Below, in pieces: positions 56,041-64,000 of a stretch of 64,000 nucleotides of DNA. The position numbers were made by a program, and so were the translations under genes. Origin of the DNA: an uncultured delta proteobacterium (GTDB lineage Bacteria > Myxococcota > Myxococcia > Myxococcales > Myxococcaceae); assembly GCA_963771175.1 (NCBI GenBank), contig CAVYSY010000028.1, positions 80,042-144,041 on the forward strand. Reading direction: 5' to 3'. Position 1 is the first letter of the stretch. Each line of letters starts with the position of its first letter. The notes under the pieces are model-generated. The model was given only the letters and a program-made list of their open reading frames with translations, was not told the origin of the DNA and ran no database searches.

Positions 56041-57441
56041 CAGCGATTCTCCTTCGCGCTGGAGACGGGGGCCTTCGGGGCGGGCACGGCGTGGAGCACC
56101 ACGCGGGCGTCGGGGTTGAGGTACTCGCGGGCGAAGTCGCGCACCTTGTCCGTCGTCACCGCGTCGTAGCGGGCGAGGTCCTCGTCCAGGTAGCCGGGGT
56201 CGTTGACGTAGTGGTTGTAGCTCTGCAGCACGTCCGCCTTGCCGCCGAAGCCGCCCACCGACTGGAGCCCGGCGAGCATCTGCGTCTCGAAGCGCGTGCG
56301 TGCCCGGCTCAGCTCCTGCTGCGAGATGCCGTCGCGGCGCAGCTCGTCCAGCACCGCGTCGAGCTCCTTGGCGAGCTCATCGCTGGTGACGCCGGGCCGG
56401 GCCACGGCCTCGAGGGTGAAGACGGACTGGGCGCCGAGGCTCTGCTGGCTGGCGTTCACGCTCGTGGCGAGTCCCTTCTCCAGCACCAGGCGCTTGTAGA
56501 GGCGGCTGGACTTGCCGGTGCCGAGCGCGTTGGCGAGCACGTCCGCGGTGGCATCGCCCTCGGCGAAGTACGGCGGGGAGTGCCAGGCGAAGACCACCAT
56601 CGGCAGGGTGCCCACCGTCTCGTCGTGGCGGATGACCTTCTCGCCGGAGACCTTCACCGGGGCCACCTCGGGCTTCTCGGGCTTGGGGCCGCTGGACAGT
56701 GAGCCGAAGTACTTCTCGATGAGGGCGCGGGCGTCCTTCGGGTCGAAGTCCCCCACCACGGCGAGCGTGGCGTTGGAGGGCGCGTACCACTTGCGGAAGA
56801 AGCCCTTCACGTCCTCGAGGGTGGCGGCGTCGAGGTCCTTCATCGAGCCGATGACCTTGCCGTGGTAGGGGTGGGGCGCGGGGAAGAGGGCCTTCCAGAG
56901 CTTCTCCTGGGCGAGGCCGTAGGGGCGCGTCTCCACGCTCTGGCGGCGCTCGTTCTTCACCACCTCGCGCTGGGTGCGCAGCTTCTTCTCGTCGAGCGCG
57001 TCGAGGAGGAAGCCCATGCGGTCGCTCTCCAGCCACAGCGCGGTGGCGAGCTGGTTGCTGGGCACGGTCTCGAAGTAGTTGGTGCGGTCGAAGTTGGTGG
57101 TGCCGTTGAGGTCCGTGGCGCCGAGCTGCTCGAGCAGGGCGATGTGCACGTCGTCCGGCACGTGCTTGGAGCCCTGGAACATCATGTGCTCGAAGAGGTG
57201 GGCGAAGCCGGTGCGGCCGGGCTGCTCGTTGGTAGGCGCCCACGTGGTACCAGACGTTGACGGCGACGACGGGCAGCTTCGGGTCCTGGGCGAGGATGAC
57301 CTCGAGCCCGTTGGGCAACTGGAACTTCTCGTAGGGGATGGCCAGTGCCTCACGCCCGGGCTCCAGCGGCTTCGCCTCTGGCTGCTGGGCGAGGGCCGGG
57401 ACTCCGAGGGCGAGGACGGCGGCGGCGATGAGCGCTTTCAT
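56040..57441 (-). CDS. M16 zinc peptidase catalytic subunit (frameshift near 57232)
   Basis: LPNGLEV, GFAHLFEHMMF, NGTTNFDRTNY, LESDRM, VKNER. Confidence 0.92.
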
Positions 57442-57561
57442 GCGACGGGTTGCCTCCTCTGTGCTGAGGCCCTCCGCTTAGCACGCACCGTGTCCCCGTC
57501 GGAGCGGGAATCCCCTCGGGGAAGAACGTTCCGTGGCCAGTGTTGGGAAGGACTCTGGGCC

Positions 57562-57615
57562 TATGGGGCGAGGTGTCGGAACGAGTCCTTTGACACCTTC
57601 CCGAGACACCTTCCC
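57562..57615. repeat. Hairpin repeat family copy 1 (left part missing)
   Basis: GGCGAGGTGTCGGAACGAGTCCTTTGACACCTTCCC identical to the copy at 62937. Confidence 0.9.
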
Positions 57616-57903
57616 GACAGCTTCCCGGCGCTCTTCACCAGCGCGGCGAAGCGTGCTTCGGGAAAACGGTCCCCAGGCGGCCCCGCGCAGAAGCGTGCTT
57701 CGGCGTCGCGCGAGAGCGCACCCAGTGCTCCTCCAAGGAGGTGAGCAAAAGTTCCTTTACACAAAGGGCTCGCTCCCAGAGGGAAGTGGGCCCCGTTCGT
57801 GTCGAGAACTTCTGGCGACCGACTTCGAAGCCAGGGGCTCGGTCCAATTCCTGCATCGTGAAGCGGCACTCGCCCTCTCGGGCCACCATGCAGGAGGACG
57901 CAA

Positions 57904-59478
57904 GTGCTATCACGACCACCGTGGACCGATCCCTCGCCATTCGAGCTGGAATCGGATCCGGAGGAGGAGCTGTCGTTCGAGGCCAACCGCCAGCCTCGCT
58001 CCCGTGGCGCGCAATCGGGTCGCTGGGTCCGGCGCGGCTCTCGAATCATCGTCCTCGGTCTCGAGGTTCCGGCGGCGGACCAAGAGGAGGAGTGGAGCGG
58101 TGAAGCCGAGATCGCTCCTCCCACCCTGCGCCGTGGCTCGAAGGGGCAGTCGGTCAGCGAGCTGCAGCAGCGCCTGAAGGCGCGGGGGTTCGATCCCGGA
58201 CAGGTCGACGGCATCTTCGGCCCAAGGACCGACTCCGCCGTCCGGGCATTCCAGCGGGCGCGGCGGCTCACCGTGGATGGAATCGTGGGCCCGCAGACAT
58301 GGGGCGCGCTCCTCAGCGGCGGGACCCCCGGGACTCCGCCAGTGCCGCCAGTGACCGTCGACCGATGGGTCCTCCCGCCGGACGTCCGCGCCGAGGGCGA
58401 GCGGCAGAACGTGCGCTATGATGAACCCGGTTCGAGTTGCTCGGGGGCGATCACGCCGGGAGCCCGGCAGCTCGGCGACTATATCAGAGCGAACTTTCCG
58501 GGTGTCACGAGCGTCGGGGGCTACAGCTGCCGGCCGAACACCGCCAATTCCTCCCAGATCTCCCTCCACGCCGTCGGGCGGGCCCTCGACATCATGATCT
58601 CGCCGGTGGGCGGACGCGCCAACAGCGCGGTCGGCGATCCGATCGCGAACTGGCTGGTGCGCAACGCCGCCACCATCGGTGTCCAGTTCGTCATCTGGAA
58701 CCGTGTCTCCTGGGGAGGCCACCGTCCGCCGCCGAAGGACAGCACCTATACCGGTCCCATCCCGCACATCGACCACGTCCACGCGGAGCTCAACCAGGAT
58801 GGCGCCAACCGTCGTACGCCCTGGTTCCGGGGCGGAGGCGGCACGCCAGGAACGCCGCCGACAGGCGGGACCACCGATTGGACCCGGGTCACTCCGGATC
58901 AACGAATGCGGCATGTGATGCAGCGGCTGGTGAACCAGTATGGCTACCCGGTCAACGCCGCGGCCGGGATCGTCGGCAACGTGTGGGGGGAATCGCAGGT
59001 CATTCCCAACCGTCTGGAAGGAAGCCAGGCGGCGACGCCGATGCGGGCCCAAAACTTCCAAGGTCGAATGACAGACTTCACCGCCGAGCAGATCATGAAT
59101 CGAAGCTCGAGCAGGGGAGTTGGCCCGAGGTTCCCTGGGGTGGGTCTGGCGCAATGGACCTCGCCGGACCGGCGCCGGGGACTGTTCGAGCACGTTCACC
59201 AGGGAAGGCGCCTGGGCGCCAACATCCTCTTCGACATGGACGCGCAGGTCGATTACCTGGTGACCGAGCTCCGCACCTCGTACCAGGGCGTCAATCGGGT
59301 CCTCACCAATCCCGCTGTCACGGTCGAGGATGCGAGCGACGAGGTCGTCTATAATTTCGAGCGGCCGGCGAGCGTGCTCGAGAACGGTCGCTCGCGCCCG
59401 CGCACCGATCCGCAAGTGCAGGAGGAATTCAGGAAGCGACGGGAATTCTCGCGCCGAGCGCTGCAAGCGTTTGGCTGA
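57904..59478 (+). CDS. PG_binding_1 + M15/extensin-like zinc peptidase + phage-tail-lysozyme-like protein
   Basis: RBS AGGAGG then GTG; TLRRGSKG..V..LQ..L...DGIFGPRT; SLHAVGRALD...HIDHVH; AAGIVGNVWGES...GLAQWT...AQVDYLVTEL...FERP. Confidence 0.85.
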   Translation: MLSRPPWTDPSPFELESDPEEELSFEANRQPRSRGAQSGRWVRRGSRIIVLGLEVPAADQEEEWSGEAEIAPPTLRRGSKGQSVSELQQRLKARGFDPGQVDGIFGPRTDSAVRAFQRARRLTVDGIVGPQTWGALLSGGTPGTPPVPPVTVDRWVLPPDVRAEGERQNVRYDEPGSSCSGAITPGARQLGDYIRANFPGVTSVGGYSCRPNTANSSQISLHAVGRALDIMISPVGGRANSAVGDPIANWLVRNAATIGVQFVIWNRVSWGGHRPPPKDSTYTGPIPHIDHVHAELNQDGANRRTPWFRGGGGTPGTPPTGGTTDWTRVTPDQRMRHVMQRLVNQYGYPVNAAAGIVGNVWGESQVIPNRLEGSQAATPMRAQNFQGRMTDFTAEQIMNRSSSRGVGPRFPGVGLAQWTSPDRRRGLFEHVHQGRRLGANILFDMDAQVDYLVTELRTSYQGVNRVLTNPAVTVEDASDEVVYNFERPASVLENGRSRPRTDPQVQEEFRKRREFSRRALQAFG

Positions 59479-59526
59479 GCGCGGGTCCGCCGGAAGAGCG
59501 AGTGCCTACGGTGATGAGCGGCGCGC

Positions 59527-59799
59527 GTGCGCGAGCTGCTCGGAAAGGCCGGCTTCGAGACCGCGGAGGACACCGAGCGCGGCTTCGATCACGGCACCTT
59601 CGTCCCGTTGAAGCTGACGTACCCGGACGCGGACGTGCCGGCGGTCCAGCCCGCGCCCGCCGCACGGCTCGCGCACCCGCGCGAAGAGCACCTCCTGCCA
59701 CTGATGGTCATCGCCGGAGCCGCGGGAGAGGATCCGGGCACCCTCGGGTACAACGGGACGCTCCTCGGGCTGAGGCTGTCCGCGTACCACTTCGGGTAG
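59527..59799 (+). pseudogene. Internally deleted remnant of a class III extradiol (LigB/DODA-type) dioxygenase
   Basis: [18 protein letters not shown] joined directly to [12 protein letters not shown]-terminus and middle absent. Confidence 0.75.
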
Positions 59800-61294
59800 C
59801 GACGGAGCTCTCGGGCCTCCGCTGTTCGCGGGCGGAGCCTCGGAGGGTGGCCTCCGCTTCGCGGAGCCCGTGGAGGGCGGTGGTGACATCCTCGGCCCCA
59901 TCCACCTGGCCGAGGGCCGCGTTGAAGGTCCGGCCCGCGCACGTCTGGCCCACGAGGCCCTCGAGGAAGCGGGGAACGCCGGCCACCACCGGGAACGTCG
60001 GCTCCGGATTGGCGAGCAGCATCTCCACCGGCACGAGCCTGACCGTTCCCGTGTGCCTGGGCTCCAGGTTCAGCATCACTCGGCACTGCGCGTCCACCAG
60101 CGCGCTCAGCTCCTCAGTGGCCTCCCGCGGCAGTGCGAGCGTCGAGACGAGCGCGACGGTCAGCTTCTCTCCGAGCGCTCCCACGTCATGGAGCCAGTGC
60201 GAGGGCGGAAACCGCGCGCGCAGGGCCTCGGCCGTGTCCCGGAGGAAGCGACGTTCCAGCTCGCCCCCGTTCCAGTCCTTCCGACCCAGCCACTCCAGGC
60301 GGTCGATCAGCCAGGCGAGGAAGGTGCGGAACTGCCGGAGGCATTCCAGCACCTCGCACCCGACGAAGGTCCGGGAACCCGCCAGGTCCACCGACTCGGG
60401 CAGCTTGCCCCGAGCGGCGATGATGCCGATGAAGGGCCCTCCGAAAACGAGGGGCGTCTCCAGGTCGAGGAAGCGGCCGTCCGCGGTGAAGTTGTTGTGG
60501 AAGGAGCCCCAGTAGACGCCGGCCTGGAAGAAGCGCTCGAAGTGGTGGGCCAGTCGCTCGATGGCGCGCTCCAAGCGTTCCGCGAGCGTCTCGGGGGAGA
60601 CGTCGCCAGGGCGCACCTCTGGCTGGGAGGGGCCTCCCAGGTATCGGGCCATCCTCAGGAACAGCTCGACCACGAAGGGGGCGCCGCCCCGCCACTGTGA
60701 GAACGCCCAGGCGAAGTTGGACAGGCGCGCGAACCCCGCCTCCTTGACTGTGATTGCCTGCAACCGCCGGTCCGCCGGGGCGAGCTGGCTTGGAGCTCGG
60801 CCAGGAAAGCTCGACTCGACATAGCGCTCGGCCTCCGGTGGCAACGGCGCGAGGAGCAGGCCCTCGCAAGCGACGAGGGTGTCACCCGCTCCCAGCTCCT
60901 CCAGGTAACAGCTCACGAGGTACTCCCTCGCGGCGGCGGAGGGAAACAGGTGCCCGCTGCTGTGGTAGCGATCCGTCGGGTGGCGCCAGTTCGCCGCGAG
61001 CAGGGTGCGGCCCACGCCCTTCAGGTACTTGCCGGTGTAGAAGCCCGCTCGGCCCGACCCCAGCCGGCGGGAGATGTTGACGTCCGCGCTGGTCTGGAGG
61101 TCCGCGTACAAGGGCTCCGCTTCGTGCTCTGGTCGCGCCGAGAACCCGAAGGAGCCGATGCGCCCCAGGTCGACCTGGACGGCGCACCCGGCATGGCTCG
61201 CGTGCAACGCGGTGAACCCGGCGGGCGCGACCGGCACGGGGACCGCCCAGGGATCCGTCGGGTGGCTCGGTGGACTCTTGCAGGTCGGGGACAA
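59708..61294 (-). CDS. SelO-like pseudokinase/adenylyltransferase-fold enzyme (putative RiPP maturase)
   Basis: RBS AAGGAG then TTG at 61294 (528 aa); [17 protein letters not shown]...[21 protein letters not shown]...FLDLE are colinear with SelO motifs. Confidence 0.7.
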   Translation of the reverse strand: MSPTCKSPPSHPTDPWAVPVPVAPAGFTALHASHAGCAVQVDLGRIGSFGFSARPEHEAEPLYADLQTSADVNISRRLGSGRAGFYTGKYLKGVGRTLLAANWRHPTDRYHSSGHLFPSAAAREYLVSCYLEELGAGDTLVACEGLLLAPLPPEAERYVESSFPGRAPSQLAPADRRLQAITVKEAGFARLSNFAWAFSQWRGGAPFVVELFLRMARYLGGPSQPEVRPGDVSPETLAERLERAIERLAHHFERFFQAGVYWGSFHNNFTADGRFLDLETPLVFGGPFIGIIAARGKLPESVDLAGSRTFVGCEVLECLRQFRTFLAWLIDRLEWLGRKDWNGGELERRFLRDTAEALRARFPPSHWLHDVGALGEKLTVALVSTLALPREATEELSALVDAQCRVMLNLEPRHTGTVRLVPVEMLLANPEPTFPVVAGVPRFLEGLVGQTCAGRTFNAALGQVDGAEDVTTALHGLREAEATLRGSAREQRRPESSVATRSGTRTASARGASRCTRGCPDPLPRLRR

Positions 61295-61326
61295 GGTCGA
61301 CTCCTTCGTGTGCTCCAGGCTTCTCG

Positions 61327-62517
61327 CTAGTTCAGGACGAACAGGTCTCGTGGCTCGGCTCCCACGGGGAGCACGCGCTCCGCCCCCTCGATGAGCCGCA
61401 ACACCTCCTCGTACTCCTCGCGCCGGAGCGCACGCGAGAGGGCCTGCCGGGCGTCTCGGGTCAAGCCGTCGAAGGCCGTCGCACAGACGCGCTGGAGGAC
61501 GTAGTAGCGCAGGCTCTCGGGGGAGGCGGTGGCTTCCGGCGTGGGCGGGACGACGTTCGCGTTCAGGAAGCGGAAGTCGGGCCGGCGCTCCCTCGGGCTT
61601 TCGGGAGGCTCCTTCCGGGTCCGGAGCGAGAATCCGCTGTCGGAGTCCTCCTTGATTTTGGCGAACAGCACGAGCCCCAGCTCGTGAATCAGGCGGTGCT
61701 TCCACGGCTCCTCGAGGGAGATGGGCGCGGCCAGTTCGCGGGAGTCGTAGGGCAGCTCCTCGGCGGCCAGGAAGGACATCCACAGCCGGGTGTACGTGCG
61801 CTGCGTGGCGCCGTAGCTCAGCTCGTGCGAGAGCCACTTGAGGAGCCGCGGGCTCCTGCGCACGTCCCGCACATCGAAGCCCTGGAAGACTCCCGAGCAG
61901 TAGAACCGGGCGAGGTCGCTGAAGAACTCGGGGCGCTGCGCGTCCCAGCGCGGGCAGAACCGGCGGTATTCGGAGACGTGGCGCTCGTGATAGCTGACCG
62001 TGAGGTTCACGAGCGTCGTTCCGATCGGTATCCGCTCGGCGAGGTTGAAGGTCGAGAGGTACCAGTAATCAAGTCCGACCGTCGCGGCCGCCTCTGTCAG
62101 GAGTTGGCAGAAGACGAAGTCCTCGAGGTTGTCGCGGAGGATGGGGCCGGTCTCGAACCGGACCCAGGGGGCCAGCACGGAGATGACCGCCGCGGACCAG
62201 CAGTGCAGGTAGTCGTGCGCGGCGAACAGCACTTCCCGGACGAGGTGGTCCCCCTCGTTGTAGTCCCGGGCGGAGCCGTACGGATCGGCGAGCCAGCGCG
62301 AGAGGGTCGAGTTGCTCGCGTAGAAGAGGGTCCGACGGAAGGGGTTGAAGCCCGCCAGGGTCACCGGGACGATGCGCTCGTAGTACCAACGTTGGTCGAT
62401 GGCGCGTGGCGTGAAGCGTACCAGGGGGTCCGAGAGCATCCGGTGCACCAGGGGGAGCCGCAGGAGCGACTCCGAATGGGGCTCGGAAGGAACGGGGAAG
62501 GGGGAAGCGCTGAGCAT
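61327..62517 (-). CDS. Unassigned putative metalloenzyme (HDxxH...E)
   Basis: 396 aa aromatic-rich ORF, REVLFAAHDYLHCW...LLTEAAAT; lies between precursor and SelO-like gene. Confidence 0.65.
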   Translation of the reverse strand: MLSASPFPVPSEPHSESLLRLPLVHRMLSDPLVRFTPRAIDQRWYYERIVPVTLAGFNPFRRTLFYASNSTLSRWLADPYGSARDYNEGDHLVREVLFAAHDYLHCWSAAVISVLAPWVRFETGPILRDNLEDFVFCQLLTEAAATVGLDYWYLSTFNLAERIPIGTTLVNLTVSYHERHVSEYRRFCPRWDAQRPEFFSDLARFYCSGVFQGFDVRDVRRSPRLLKWLSHELSYGATQRTYTRLWMSFLAAEELPYDSRELAAPISLEEPWKHRLIHELGLVLFAKIKEDSDSGFSLRTRKEPPESPRERRPDFRFLNANVVPPTPEATASPESLRYYVLQRVCATAFDGLTRDARQALSRALRREEYEEVLRLIEGAERVLPVGAEPRDLFVLN

Positions 62518-62607
62518 GACGGTGGACCTGCGGGTGAGGGACGGCGGCGCGGTGAGGCGCCGCCGTCCCGGTGTTGGGGTGAAGGTGCCTGCTCCCTCCG
62601 GGACGCG

Positions 62608-62799
62608 TCACTCCGCCTCGGCCTTGTTGCCGCTGCGGTCTTCCGCCTTGGCCGACACCAGCTCATCGGCCATGGCTTCGAAGCCGCCCGTCACCGAGGC
62701 GAGGTCCTCGAGGGTCAACTGCTTCTCCTTCCGTGCCTGCGACTGCTGCTCCGGCGACCGCCGCGGGTCCTGCGATTGCTGCTTCCTGTTGTGCTTCAT
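62608..62799 (-). CDS. Putative RiPP precursor with double-glycine leader
   Basis: RBS GAGGAG 7 nt before ATG; leader ends QLTLEDLASVTGG; core FEAMADELVSAKAEDRSGNKAEAE. Confidence 0.75.
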   Translation of the reverse strand: MKHNRKQQSQDPRRSPEQQSQARKEKQLTLEDLASVTGGFEAMADELVSAKAEDRSGNKAEAE

Positions 62800-62910
62800 T
62801 GCGTGGCTCCTCGGTCATGGGCCGCTGCCATTGCGGCCTCACCAGGAACTACGCGGAGGCGGTTGGAGTGGATTTTCGAAGCGCCTCGCCCCAGGCGGGC
62901 AGGGTGTCCG

Positions 62911-62986
62911 GGCAGGGTGTCAGACGACTCGTAGGAGGCGAGGTGTCGGAACGAGTCCTTTGACACCTTCCCCGGGACACCTTCCC
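62911..62986. repeat. Hairpin repeat family copy 2
   Basis: GGCAGGGTGTCAGACGACTCGTAGGAGGCGAGGTGTCGGAACGAGTCCTTTGACACC. Confidence 0.92.
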
Positions 62987-63013
62987 CGGAAGCGCCCGGC
63001 TGTAGGGGCCGCG

Positions 63014-63862
63014 TCACCCCGTCCGGGCGCGCTTGCCACGCGCGTCCCGTTCCTCCAGCCGGCTCAGGTCCGGCCCCTCCGCGGTGGGGACCTCGAGCGT
63101 CACCACGGGCGCGACCTGGAGCGGGCGAGGCGTGCGCCGACGCGACAGCCGGCGAAGGCTATTGCCCAGGATGGAGCGCCAGTTGCGCAGGGAGAGCGGC
63201 GCCAGGCAGATCAGCACCTCCCCCTCTTGGTGACGCGGGTTTCGCTCGTGGAAGAAGCGGATGTGAGGCTCCGCCAGGTCCGTCTCGGAGATGGGAGCCA
63301 CCCCCGCCCTCAGCTTCTTCCCGCCCTGGTGGTGCACCACGCCCTGGGTGGAATCCCAACCGTCGCCGTACCGCGGGCGTGCCAGGGTCTCCAGCAGTCC
63401 TCGCTCCCAGCGCGGCAGCGGCTGGTCGGGCCTCGGCCAGAACTCGGCGAAGTTGAACGCGAGCAGCAGGTAGCTCTTGTAGCTGAACGTGTCGAAGAGC
63501 CAGTAGATGGGGGCCAGGGGGTGGCGGAGCCGCGTGCGCAGGAAGCACGCCAGCCCGGCGCGTTGCAGGAGGTTTCGGCCCCGGTAGAGATCGTCGATGA
63601 GGACGCTCGACGTAAAGATGATGTGCACGCGGCGGTCCTCGTGGGTGACGTCGTGGAAGTCCACCGCCGCCATCCCCACGAGTGCTCCCGAGTCCCGGCC
63701 GCGGTACAGGATGACCTCCGCGTGAGCGTGGAGCTTGCTCTCCCAGGCCTGACGGTCGGTCTCGACGAACCGGGAGGTGAAATCCCACAGCTCCGACAGC
63801 GTCTCGTCCGTCAACGTTGTCGTCGGAAGCATCTGCATTTGTACTGATTCCATGCGGTCCAT
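63014..63862 (-). CDS. GNAT-fold protein of unknown function
   Basis: RBS GGAGG; GALVG, SVLIDDLYRGRNL (GNAT motif A-like), YWLFDTFSYKSY, FFHERNP. Confidence 0.7.
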   Translation of the reverse strand: MDRMESVQMQMLPTTTLTDETLSELWDFTSRFVETDRQAWESKLHAHAEVILYRGRDSGALVGMAAVDFHDVTHEDRRVHIIFTSSVLIDDLYRGRNLLQRAGLACFLRTRLRHPLAPIYWLFDTFSYKSYLLLAFNFAEFWPRPDQPLPRWERGLLETLARPRYGDGWDSTQGVVHHQGGKKLRAGVAPISETDLAEPHIRFFHERNPRHQEGEVLICLAPLSLRNWRSILGNSLRRLSRRRTPRPLQVAPVVTLEVPTAEGPDLSRLEERDARGKRARTG

Positions 63863-63909
63863 CCTCGCACCTCCCCTGGGGTGGGGTACGCCCGCTGCTC
63901 CACTCCCCA

Positions 63910-63984
63910 GGCAGGGTGTCAGACGACTCGTAGGGGGCGAGGTGTCGGGACGAGTCCTTTGACACGTTCTCCGACACGTTCTCC
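63910..63984. repeat. Hairpin repeat family copy 3
   Basis: GGCAGGGTGTCAGACGACTCGTAGGGGGCGAGGTGTCGGGACGAGTCCTTTGACACG. Confidence 0.92.
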
Positions 63985-64000
63985 GCTACACTCGGAGTCC

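Noticed and set aside
61295..61837. N-terminal extension of the SelO-like ORF (709 aa in the track)
   Set aside because: Overlaps the HDxxH gene out of frame; an RBS and TTG at 61294 give a better start
57562..63984. Repeats as a CRISPR array or integron attC sites
   Set aside because: Spacing is kilobases, no cas or integrase gene in the window, and attC core consensus is absent

Overview
High-GC DNA whose gene content is typical of a myxobacterium (Archangium/Cystobacter-like: SitA5-like lipoprotein toxins, a DUF2381 plus Ser/Thr kinase pair, Cys-rich repeat lipoproteins); this taxonomy is inferred from gene families only. Many recognisable genes are broken by small indels, including housekeeping-type ones, which looks like uncorrected long-read error, so they are listed as reconstructed CDSs with approximate ends. 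1-20 kb is a conflict island: four lipoprotein toxin/immunity pairs (one flanked by a ~97-bp direct repeat of a neighbouring gene's 5' end), a DUF3883-like nuclease and a PLD-helicase-DUF3427 protein. 20-57 kb is mixed accessory and core genes: a Hod/AqdC-like quinolone dioxygenase, GH15, an ABC-ATPase + TOPRIM-like pair, pirin/LysR/YceI, a complete IS630, an AlkZ/YcaQ glycosylase, two MFS transporters, CapA, a peptidoglycan hydrolase, a papain-fold toxin pair and two M16 peptidase subunits. The best candidate for an undescribed system is at 59.7-62.8 kb (minus strand): a 63-aa double-glycine-leader precursor peptide followed by an unassigned HDxxH metalloprotein and a SelO-like (pseudokinase/adenylyltransferase fold) enzyme, i.e. 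a putative new RiPP cluster, with a GNAT-fold gene upstream and copies of a ~75-bp hairpin repeat around it. No rRNA, tRNA or CRISPR array was seen. All family calls are from motif recognition by eye; no searches were run.
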